Source: Vicugna vicugna (Eukaryota). Taken from it: a stretch of 64,000 nucleotides of DNA. The translations under genes and the position numbers were made by a program. Shown in pieces: positions 13,301 through 25,300 of this stretch; the stretch's first letter is position 1; every line of letters begins with the position of its first letter. The DNA is taken from positions 560,001 to 624,000 of the forward strand of contig MU058252.1 of assembly GCA_013265495.1 (NCBI GenBank). Reading direction: 5' to 3'. The notes beneath the pieces are model-generated. The model was not told the DNA's origin and made no database searches. It was given only the letters and a program-made list of their open reading frames with translations.

Positions 13301-16300
13301 TTCTTGGTTTTTTGTTGTTGTTGTTGTTCCAACTTTATTTTATTTATTTTTTTAACATTTTTTATTGATTTATAATCATTTTACAATGTTGTGTCAAATT
13401 CCAGTGTAGAGCACAATTTTTCAATTATACATGAACATATATATATTCATTGTCACATTCCTTTCTCTGTGAGCTACCATAAGATCTTATATATATTTCC
13501 CTGTGCTATACAGTATAATCTTGTTTATCTATTCTACAATTTTGAAATCCCAGTCTATCTCTTCCCACCCCCTACCCCCTTGGCAACCACAAGGGGGTTC
13601 TATGTCTATGTATTCTATGTCTATGAGTCTATTTCTGTTCTGTATTTATGCTTTGTTTGTTTGTTTGTTTTTTAGATTCCACATACGAGTGATTGATTTT
13701 CTTGTTACCAAATCCATCAGTTCTTCACTTTATTGTTTGTGTTTTAAGAAGTTCTTTCCCCAACCCCATAGTCTTCTGAGTTTTCTAGTATGAGGTCTTT
13801 AATCTACTCAGAGACCCCCTCTAAATATAAAAGATAGGATCCAGCTTTATTTTTCTTCCCATATCCCTTACTAAACTTGCACTTTCCACCTTGATTTTTG
13901 GTGTCCCTTTTATTAGGGCTCTGTTTCTGTACTTTCTGTTCTTTCCATTTACTTGTAGGTTTATTCCTGAGCCAGAACCATAGAGGTTTTTTTTTAATTT
14001 TTAAAATTTTTAAAAATTACTGTCTTTGTTTTAGTTTTAAAATCTAGTAAGATGAGTCCCCCTGTTGGCTTTTCTTTATCAAGGTGACCTGGCTATTGGA
14101 AGATCTTTACTTTTCAGTATAAATGTTAGAATGGTTGTCAGGTTTCTCAAATATATACATATATATATATATGTATGTATATCCAACTAGAGATTTCCAG
14201 AAATGTGTTCAGACTATGTTTATAGCTCATAATATCATTTTGTTATTTTATAATGTTTGTGATCTGTGTTTACCCTTTTTCATTTTATTTGTTGTTTATT
14301 TTCATCTTTGACCTAATTTTTGTTAGGTTTGTATATTTGATTGATTTTTTCGTAGAGTCAGCTTTTGATTTTGTTAATACTCTCTTTCATTCTCTTTCAT
14401 TGACTTCTGCCTCTGTCTTTATTTCCATTTTATGTATGAGGATACAGGGTCCTGGAAGATAAATGGTTTACTCAGGGCCACAGAGTTAAAAAGGGGTGGA
14501 ACCCGAGGTGTTTGTTTTCACCTCCTTCAATAAATTACCTCTCACACTGCGCTGCTGCTCTCTGACTTCTAGTCCATTGCTGGGAATTGGGTTATCCCAT
14601 CTCCAGCTAGAGGGTGGGAGGGTTTGTGTATGGGACTTTCTCATTTTCCTTCTGTATTACCCAGCACCGTGCCTCTGTAGTAGATGCTGAAACAATGATT
14701 GCTTTGATTTGAACTTACAATAAGAATATTGGAAAGGATTAATTTAGTCCATTTTCACTGTCTGATTTTAACCAGTACTTAATAATATCATAGTTAAATA
14801 ACTAGGTTTAAATATATTCTTTAGGGGAGGGTATAGCTCAGTGGTAGAGTGCATGCCTAGCATGTGCAAGGTCCTGAGTTCAATCCCCAGTACCCCCATT
14901 AAGGATAAATAAATAAAAACCTAATTCCCCCCCAAAACAACAAAACAAACATATTCTTACCAATTATGTGGCATGGTGGTTTGCAAGTGCTAATGCAGGT
15001 TTAAGGAATCCATTTAACATAGAGGTTGATCTCTTCCCCAGTAAATTTAATAACTTTTTATAATGTGTTTCTGATGTTTACAGGAGAAACACTCGAGGAT
15101 CAAGGAGTGACTCACAATGTAAAAGCTATGGTGCTCGAACTGAAGCAGTCTGAAGAGGATGCGAGAAAAAACACCCAGGTTGAAGAAGAAGAGCAATGTG
15201 AAGCCAAACTAAAAGAAAAAAGAATTCAGAGGACTAAGAGAGGGCTGGAGATACTGGCAGAGAGAGGTACACAGGGCTTCAGACTCCTTCCCTTGCGCAG
15301 GTTCTTGGAGGTGGCCGCGCATCACTCACACGGGGCGGGGCGAGGCGGGATCACATTTCTTGTTGGCTCTTCTTCACCAACAGTCTGATATTTTTAATGT
15401 CACCATCATGGCTTTTTAACATTGAGTTAGTGGAGTTCCTTTTGGTTTTGTTGCAGCTGAGATGGTGGTGGATCCAGAAACCACACCGTACTTAGACATA
15501 GCTAACCAGACAGGCAGATCAATCAGAATCCCTCCATCAGAAAGAAAAGTAAGTACTGTAAGAAATGTATGGCTTATTCTTCTATTTGCTGTCAGAACAG
15601 AAGTGGTTTTCTAGTTACTTTGTCTTTGAATGTTATATAAATATTAGATTAGAAAGAGTTTTCTGTCTCTAGCTCATAAGCAGAGAGTGCCACCATATGA
15701 TGGACGCTGCGTCTGGCTGGCTCACCCTGCGGCTTTCAGTGCAGTAGTTCAGGACGGCAGGGCCTCGCTGTCTGCGGCAGAGGCTTCCTGTGGCGGTGCT
15801 TGTTTTGGTGTAGTTCATTTTCCTCGAGGCCTGCGTTCCCTAAGGGATGGTTCAGAATAGGGGGCACGGTAGGGGTTTAGGCAGTTTGGGAAAAGTATGA
15901 CAGGTGATTCTGCCGTCTCTTCCGTGTCTCCCCACAGCCTCGTTCTTTAATTTGGAATAAGTGGGGAAGTGGTTTTACCTTTGAACGTATCTGAGGGGGT
16001 CTTTAGCAGCATCTACAGTTTGGCTCATGAAATCAGTCTCTGAGCCGGAGCCCCATAGCTTCTTACATCAGAAGCTCTAATGACTGTGGGTCAAGTTGAT
16101 TTTAATTTTTTGGTCTTTAAAGGACATTCTGAGTAGGTTTTACTTTATGAATTTTATTGTTTAAAGTGAAGAATTAAAAGTTAATTTGTAATAAGCGAAC
16201 TTTGTAATTGTCATTGAGTTGATTTTTTTTCAGTGGCAGTTATTTGCCTGCTACAGATGTCATATTCTTAGATTAAATGATGACATTTAGATATTTTTGA

Positions 16301-19300
16301 AAAACTTTACAAATTGAATTACATAAAAATTCAAATCTAAAAATGCTAATGAACTTCAAAAAAATTTGGATCACCTTTAAAAAATTGTTTTAGAAATACT
16401 ACAGTTGACAAATACTTGAGAGAAAACCTAATTAAGACTAGAAAGTAAAATGAATGCTCTTTTAAAAAGATAAAGTCATTACTAGCTGTGTTTTTATGTG
16501 GTTAGTCTTACAGAATACTAGCAATAGATCTAGACCAGCAGATACTGAAATAAACTGATGAAAACAAAGCGACTAGTGCTGGTTATGACCGTATCAGCCA
16601 CGTTAAATTGAGTTACTGGTTTCAGTGTTTAAATGAAATGAAGCTTTAATTCTGTTTTTCTTAATTTTGGCTTTTAGATTTAGCTGTGATCTTGGGTTCT
16701 TGTTTGTTCATTTGTCTGTTTTTATATTATTTGATTTCTTTAGACTTAATATACTTATTTTTAATTAAATTATAGACAGTTTACAATGTTGTGTCAGTTT
16801 CTGGTGTACAGCACCATTTTTCAGTCATACACAAATATACATATATTCATTTTCATATTTTTTTTCACTGTGAGCCACTACAGGATCTTGAATATATTTC
16901 CCTGTGCTATGCAGTATAAACTTATTTATCTATTCTGTATATACCTGTCAGTATCTACAAATCTCGAACTCCCAGTCTGTCCCTTCCCACTCTCTCCCCC
17001 CTGGCAACCATAAGTTTGTATTCTATGTCTGTGAGTCTGTTTCTCTTTTATATTTAAGCTCATTTGTTGTCTTTTTTTTTTTTTAGATTCCACATATGAG
17101 TGATCTCATATGGTATTTTTCTTTCTCTTTCTGGCTTACTTCACTTAGAATGACATTCTCCAGGGACATCCATGTTGCTGCAAATGGCATTATGTTGTCA
17201 TTTTTATGGCTAAATAGTATATGGCTAAATTCCATTGTATAACTATATCACAGCTTCTTTATCCAGTCATCTGTCAATAGACATTTAGGTTGTTTCCATG
17301 TCTTAGCTATTGTAAATAGTGCTGCTATGAACATTGGGGTGCAGGTAGATGTAATATACTTTAATATAATTTGTCTTATTATAGTTTAAAGTGATTTTTT
17401 TTAATCTTTATTTTTTCCTAGGCCCTTATGTTAGCAATGGGATATCATGAGAAGGGCAGAGCTTTCCTGAAAAGAAAAGAATATGGAATAGCCCTGCCAT
17501 GCCTGTTGGATGCTGACAGATATTTCTGGTAGGCACTTTTGTACTTGGTGACTGCCAGTTTTAAGAAAGAGGGCAGTTATACACAGCACCCTCCCCACCC
17601 CCGTATGCTTCAGACTTTAGGTTTTCACCTAAGGCGGTTAATGTCAAAGAGTAGTTACGGTGTAGACCAATTTGTGAACTTCTTCTTCCCATCATATTTC
17701 TAATTGATCTCTCTTCCCTGTAAGGAATTTTATAAACATATGCACTTGTTTTATTGTCGTGTAGAATGTCATGTGTGTTTCCTGTGGTGTGTTGTCAGCC
17801 TGAACTAGCCGTTATACAGTCCCCATCAAATTCTTTTGAAGCATATTTTTCCTCATCAGCTGTTTGGTTCTCCTGAGGTACAATTTGTACAGAAAGACAG
17901 ATAAAATTCTTGTGTCTTTCTCCTTATTTTCTTGTTTTCAGAATAAATGAGTTGCTTCCCTAGCATCTTCCAAAGATGATGTCACTGGTGGGGTTTCCCT
18001 TCCTTTTTTTTTTGAAGTATCAGTATGAGCTCATGGGTTTTAACACATTTGATGTGTTTCAAACCTCAGTGCCTAAATCAGCATCTTCAGCTGGCAGGTG
18101 GTCCTGCCTCCCTGTGACCTGATCTGGGTAGTTGTGGTAGTCTCTGCTCTCTGGTGCCCAGGTTCCAGACTCATCCTGGACATTTCCTGCCCCAGAGCAG
18201 CAGCCAGCAGTTTCCCAAGGACTCCAGGTTCCTCTTAATAGGAAATGGTTCTGGATTCAGGCAGATGAAATATTTGAAAAATAGACTTGGTATTTGAAAA
18301 TGGTCAAAAAGTAATGACTTTAGTGTTAACTTTCTTTTCCATTTTGAGGAATAGTATGTACTGTATGCTTCAAGAAAGTAAATGCAAGTATTTATAGTTT
18401 GGCAGCACCTGTAGGTGAACAAAATTAAAGCAAAAAGGGGGGTTTACTGTCTAAAATGTTTGAGAGGAGGGGGCGAAGCCAGAAGTAACCAGAACAAGGG
18501 CTTCATGCTGCTCCAGTTTTCAGACCCTTTGTCTCTGCTTCTTTCTGAGGGTCAGTTTTATTCTCTTCTGCTGCACGTAGTGCAGGCTGTAAGTTAGGTC
18601 CTTAAAATTCAGGTAAATTTTTTATTCCTTTCCATAATTGCTTCTAATTTCTTAATACGGAAAATTTCAAAATTATATAAAAATAGAGACTAGTGCATAT
18701 ACTTATAATCCAGCTTCAGCAGTTACCCAGACATGGTTGGTCTTGATTTGTCTGAATGAGCCTTACTCAGTCTTTTTATTTTATTTTATTTTATTTTTTT
18801 CAAAGCTTTCTCAGTCTTTTCACCCTGGACAAATGCTTGAAATCATTTTCAGGTCTCAGGGAACCCCTGAATAAAAGTAACTATATCTTCAGTTCACAGT
18901 GTGTTCACTTGTTCAGTGGGTAGTAGACATAATAATCCAATAATAATTGTCAGTGCTTTTTTAAGTAGAAAGTGATTTCTCCGCCCTGGGGATCTGTTTA
19001 TTCAGGCCAATTTACAAGCATAGTTTTGTGTGAGTCCCCTCTCCTTGTAAAGGAGGTCAACTCTACTGCAGGTCAGCAGTGGAGGTGAGGAAACTTCCGT
19101 TGCTCTGTCTCCTCTCCTGCTTGGTGTTTTTCCTGCCTTCTCCACGTAGGCTAAAGGCTGTATCACAGCTTTCTGCTGTGCATCTTGGGGTGTGGTGTGC
19201 AGTATGACCGGGAGTAGTTTGTCTCCCTATTTAAAACTCGAAGTGGGGGTTGCTTTTGGCCAAGATGGAGTAACAGGGACTGGATTTACCCTCTCACCTG

Positions 19301-22300
19301 CAGCAGCTGAAAAACTGGGCGAAAATGTATGAAAATAGTGGTTTTTCTGGCGATGTAGGACAGTGATCCCGGAGGTACAAAAACAAATGAGGGGAACCTT
19401 GTGAATTACGTTAGCTCATGGTGCGCAGTTTCCAGGTTCAGTGCAGGGAAGAGAAACCGAGGCAGAGCCCCCTGCGTTGGAGATGGAACTCGGAATCCGG
19501 GGAATCCAGGGAGGCCAACGTGGTGAGAGGAGAGGCTACCTCAGGGAGCCTCAGAGGGTGCCCTGCAGTCTGCTGTGGGAGGAAGCCCCCCGAGGCTGGG
19601 AAGGCACCGCCTGAGAGAAGCAGAGTGTTCCCACAGCCAGAGTGGAGACCTGTGTGATCACTGGGCGTCGGACAGAGTTCAGCGGGGTATTGCCTACGTA
19701 GTAGGGCTAATTTTGTCTTAAAGGCTGCCCTGGTCCTACCTAACAAAGCTTAAAAGTAAGCCTTGAAAGGGTTACATTGTTTTCAAGTAACGTGTTTTTA
19801 ACAACGCTCTAATATTTCTTAAGCCCAAGTACAAGAAATATGAAAAAAACTACACACAATCCGGTGTCTTAAAGCCAGTAATAAAACTAAAAATGACTTT
19901 TTAGCCAACCATTCTTAAAAAAAAAAAGCAGATACCTAAGCTTCGCTTACCTTTCTTGAAATTAGTATCTTTATTTTGTATAAAAACTTACAATTCCTCA
20001 GGCAAATATAGTAAATTTCTATTAAATAACTGACTTAAACCCAAATGGGATTTAATTTTTCTAAAGCTAGGCTCAGCATATTTTATTTAAATAAATGTAC
20101 ACTGATTTTCATTAACATTTTGTTTTTAACATGAAAATTTATTGGCTATTGAATATTAAAGCTACTAAAGCAATATCAATAAAAATACACTCTTAGACAC
20201 AGTTTTATTCAAAGCTTTACATTTTTTTCCTGAGTGACATGATCAGGTTCAAATATAGTCCCACAGTTTCAGAATTATTATATACATGTGGTTTCATGAT
20301 CTTTTTTATAGGTATATATATGAATGAAAAATATTATTTTTGACACTGAAAGAATGAAATGGACCTCTTAATGACCTGTGCCTGTGTTTTGTTTTTGGCT
20401 GCACAGGCAGTCAATTCGGGATTAGAGTTGTATGATTTTATTTTTGAGTGAAAGGAGGCAGTTTCTGTCCTTGCTGTTGATGCTTGAGGCTATTCACATG
20501 TATAAGACTGAGAACCGTGGCAGAGACGTCCCCCGCTTTCCCAGAAATGGCAGGGTAGTCTTCTCTTCCAGAAACAGAAGGTGTCTAAAGGTGGATCAGA
20601 AAATCTCACCTGGACCACAGTCCACGATCTTCTCCCTCTCCCATCAGTGTCAAGTTCTCAGGTTTAGCAGAAGATTCAGAGACAGTGCCCCTTGCCTGGT
20701 CAGACACCTGTGTGTGTAACATATGATGTGTACGTTATAAAACCTTCACGAAGACTGGAAATGTTCAAGGAAATCCACAACAAACAGGATGCAAGTCCTG
20801 CTCTGATAGGTCGTTCTTGTGCCCAGTGGCATCCCCTGGGTCAGGCACTCCTCCACTTAGGAGACTTCTGCTATAAAGTGGGACTGATAGAATCAGATGT
20901 CTTTTGGTTTTTCTTTCTTCTTTTTTTCTTCCCCCAAATGGATTTTGATGGGAAAGGTGGGAAGCTTGAAGGCATGTAGGTTTTGTAGTTTTATACAAGA
21001 GAGTCTTATTTTCAGTAGACTACCAAATGAAAGTGAACAGATGAGATCTTTAAAGTTAACGTAGAGCGCATAGTTACAGGCGTTTACTTTCTTATTGAAG
21101 AGTTGGAACTTGAGATCTGGATTTGCATTATGAATATCTAACATAATTACAATTTAAAATCAAGATAAGTAATCTTGACGTCCATCTCTCAACATTCCAT
21201 TGGCTTTTCTTTCTTCTCCCTTTCTCTGTACCTGGGTGCAGCCTGCACCTGGGCCCCCAGATCAGCGAGGCCCCAGAGCCTGGCACTTTCCTGGGTTGCT
21301 TTTCCTCCCTGCTTGACTGTGATTGGATATGAATGCCTTGTCAGAGTCTGCATCATTGAGGCATTCATAGTAAGTAGTGGGGTCTTTTTTGTTTTTGGTG
21401 TGCCTTAAAAGCCTTGGTTCTCAACTTTGACTGTCCATTAGAATCACCTGGGGAGATTTTAGAAATACAACATCCAGGCCCTGCCCCCAAAGGTTTCAGT
21501 TGTAATTGATCTAGTGGAGTCCCAGCATCACTGTTTCTTTAAAAAGAAAAAAAAAGGAAAAGGAGGAAAAAAAATTCCTCACATCCAGGTGATTCTAATT
21601 TGCAGTTGGTGTTGGAAACCACTGCATTAAAGCGTAGTCTCCCCACGTTTGCTGAGGGATTCTGATACAGTGACCTCAATTTTACTTCCTGCCAAGCCTC
21701 TATCCCAACATAGCAAGGGAATGTGTGAGTGTGTGTGTGTGTGTGCGCGTGCGCATACAAGTGTGTCTATCTCTCCCCCTCACAGGGCAGGTGGTGTTGA
21801 GCTGCTATTCCTGAGTCCTAACTCTTTTTTTTTTCCCATGAGAAGGATTCAGATTTTTAAGTATAGTTCCCTTCATAAACATTTGGATCTCTGTTTTAGA
21901 GTAGTCTTTCAAAATGTACCAAAAGCTGGAAAAAACTCCAGTCATTCACAAAAAGGTTTTTAATGCTGCTTGTCAGTGATGTCATTTCCTCTGTCTCCGG
22001 CAGTGAGTGCTGCAGAGAACTGCTGGATACAGTGGATAACTACGCAGTGCTCCAGCTGGATATAGTGTGGTGCTACTTCCGCTTGGGACAGCTGGAATGC
22101 CTTGAAGATGCAGAGAAAAAATTAAACATGGCCCAGAAATGCTTTAAAAATTGCTATGGAGAAAATCATCAGAGACTGGTCCACATAAAAGTATGTTGCT
22201 GTAATTTGTTTTATGTATTATTGAGCCCATTCCTGGAATTTGGGTTTATTCTTGTTAAAAGTATTTAGGCTGTTGCCAAAAGGTAATTTGTTTTGATAGT

Positions 22301-25300
22301 AGCATGCAGTGTGCTTTTTAAAAGCTGTGTTCTAAGGGATTGTTAAACATTTTATAAGTCAGGCTGTTACTCTGGTCTGTGCAGTGTTTGGCCCAGAGGA
22401 ACACAGTTTTCTAGTCACAGAATCCGACTGATCACCTTGACCAAGAGAGCTGGTGACTGTGTTCAGTAGACTCTGATGAACAATTTAAATGCAGAACACA
22501 GATATTTTGAACAGTGACAGTTCACGTGAGTGAGTCACAGCTCTGGAGCTCTGGAGCTGTGACTCAGATTTTTCTCAGGTGATTTCCACGGGTCATCAGA
22601 ATTCTGCTTGGGGATTGCAGGACAACATAAGATGTTCTTGCTTTGGGTTTTTGCAGGCTTCCCCATTGACCAGAAGAGCCACTGTCCTGGGTGTCTGGAG
22701 ACAGGTGTTCTGTTTGGGGCAGGGGATGTCAGTGTTCCCTGGGGTCTTAGCTTTTGCCATTGGCAGTAGTGGAGTTAAAAGCATTTTAGTAATGCCATTT
22801 TGCCCCTTGGGGATAAAGGGAATTACAGATGTGAGTATTATAGACATGTAATGGAAAATAAGACAGTTTTATCCTTTTCCCTCCTCCACTAATTTTAGGG
22901 AAATTGTGGAAAAGAGAAAGTCTTGTTTTTAAGACTTTACTTGCTTCAGGGTATCCGAAATTATCACAGTGGAAATGGTGAAGAGGCTTGTGAATATCTC
23001 AACAAGGTAGGAAAAATGAATGCTCCAAAGTTATAAGCATTCTCACTTCCTTTTTTTTTTTAATCCCTGGAAGTTAAGTATCTTATAAAACTCAATAGTG
23101 TGTGACTTGTGAGGAACATACATACATCTCCCTCTCCTTCACAAATCCCAGACACATATTCGCATTCATTAGAGTACAGGCAAGATGGTGTCATGAAGAA
23201 ACCTCAGAAAGGCAGTGCCTTTCATTGGCTAGAAGTTTCTGATTCTCTCATCGAGCTGTAGAAGTGAGCAGCCAGGGCAGTGGAGCAGCTGGTGTGGCAG
23301 CCAAGGCAGCTCCTGTCATTGCCTCTTCCAGCCGGCAGAGGGGGCAAGAGAGAGCGTCCATCTCTCTTTAGAGAGATGACCCAGGAGTTGCCCGTCATTT
23401 CCAGGAAATGCCAGTGGCCTAGACTTCACCATCTGGCTACATCCAGCTGTGAGGGAGAGTGAGAAATGCCAGGTGCACAGCTCAAATTCAGGGGATTTTA
23501 TTACAAAAAAGGAGGTGGTAATGGATACCAGCCCCTGTTTTTTTCATATTATGGTTCATATAAGTCACGTGAGCAGAGTGTTGTCTGTTTGCACTTGTCC
23601 TAGTTGATAATAGGCCACATTTAGAGTTTTTATCTAAAATCTGACACACCCTAATTCACACTGGATGCAGTTCAGTTTCCTTCAGACTTTAGCTTTGTGT
23701 TAAGCTTTCGTGTTGTTATCGTTGCGTGATTCTTGTATTTTTCCCCGTCTGTAGGCACGCCAGCTCTTCAAGGAGCTGTATATTGATCCATCAAAAGTTC
23801 ACAATTTGCTGCAGTTGGGATTTACTGCCCAGGAAGCTCGGCTGGGCCTGAGGGCATGTGACGGGAACGCGGACCATGCAGCTGCCCACATCACCCACCG
23901 CAGAGAGGTACCTCCATGTGGGCTTGGCCTGTACTTTTGAGTAGGTGTGAAACTTGAGGCAATAGTAAGGTTTTTCAGAAGCGCCTTAGCTCTCGGATCT
24001 GAAAGAACAGAAAAAGACAGCTCCGCAGTACGTATTATTAGCAAGGAGCGCTTTATCACTTCGGACTGGGAAGTCAGGAGAAAAACGTGTCTTTTTTAAT
24101 TGCATCAGTGTTCAGACAGTGCAGTTTCCTTAGTTTTATTCTTGCTCTGGTGTCAGGTAGCTCATAGGTATCATTATCCAAACGATCTTTCCTCTCTTAC
24201 CATAGCATATTTCTGGAAACCATTTTAAAGGGGCCATTGTTACCACTCAGGATGTCATCTAGCCTAGAAACAGGAGTCAGGTCATAGGAACAATTAACAT
24301 TATGTTACGAAAGCAAAGGTGCAAAACTAATCATTTAAAACAATTAGAAATAAGTACAGTTAAAAAAAACTTCAGAGCTTTGGAGTTGGAAGGAAAGGTG
24401 CCATATCTGATATGCTAGTTTTTAAAATGAGGAAAACAGGCTCAGAGGTTGCTTCTCTGGGGGCATAGTTCAATCAGTGGTAAAACCTGAACTCTGATTT
24501 TCTCTGTGTCCCATTTTCTGTGTTCCATGAGAGAATAGCATTCTGAGTTTTTACGGAAGGTTCTGAAAAGCCAAGAGATGTTACAAGTGGTAAAAGTTAC
24601 TTCACTTCCTTACTTTATAAGCAGCAAAAGTAAACTTTAAAAAAAAATAGTGGAGTCCTATTAGATGTGCATTTTATGAATTAAGCCAAAAGCCCTCGGA
24701 GAAAATAAAAACAACAGTGTGGAGTACAGTTGACCCTGCTCACTCTTCACCCAGTTGATGTGTAGTTAGGATGCCTTTGGTTGAAGGCAACAAAAAGTCC
24801 AATCAAACTGGCTTAAACACCCAATAAAAGGGTGGGGAAGGAATTTACTGGCCTAAATTGTAAAGAGCCCAGAGGCGGGCTGGGTCTTGGGTTAGTTGAT
24901 CAGTAGGGCTTCGCCCTGTCACTGAGTTCCTGGTTTCTGTCTCCTGCCTCCACTGTGTTATCGGCATCATCCCATCGCAACGAGGGCACAGTCAGGGGCC
25001 CAGAAGCCTCAGACAGTCTGAGCTGCTCACTGATTGGCTGCCCTTGAGCCAGTCTCTGTGGCCAGGGGAACGCATGACCCGACAGGCCTGGGTCTGTCTC
25101 CTTAGCTTAGGCTGGCCCGGGCCTACTCGGGGAGCTGGGTGGCCTCCGACACCCTAGGGAGGGCTGGTGGCCGGTGGGAAGGCCAGCTCCACAACCCACA
25201 GAATGTGGGCTCTGGGGAGTCTGCTGCCTCTCAGTTCCCAGCGCTCTGGGTTTGAGCGTCTCACTGACTAAGGGTAATATATGATCCTGAAAGTTTGTCT

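Noticed and set aside
14824..14897. tRNA-Ala gene call (also at 2386, 35200, 49101, 57021)
   Set aside because: Multiple diverged copies with A-rich tails, TSDs and imperfect stems indicate SINEs, not tRNA genes.
15451..15460. One residue fewer than human NUB1L at the exon 6/7 junction (614 vs 615 aa)
   Set aside because: Most likely a trivial tandem-acceptor or species difference; the frame is intact.
21977..22003. Alternative in-frame acceptor 27 nt upstream of NUB1 exon 9
   Set aside because: Poor polypyrimidine tract; the downstream AG fits the known protein and there is no support for use.
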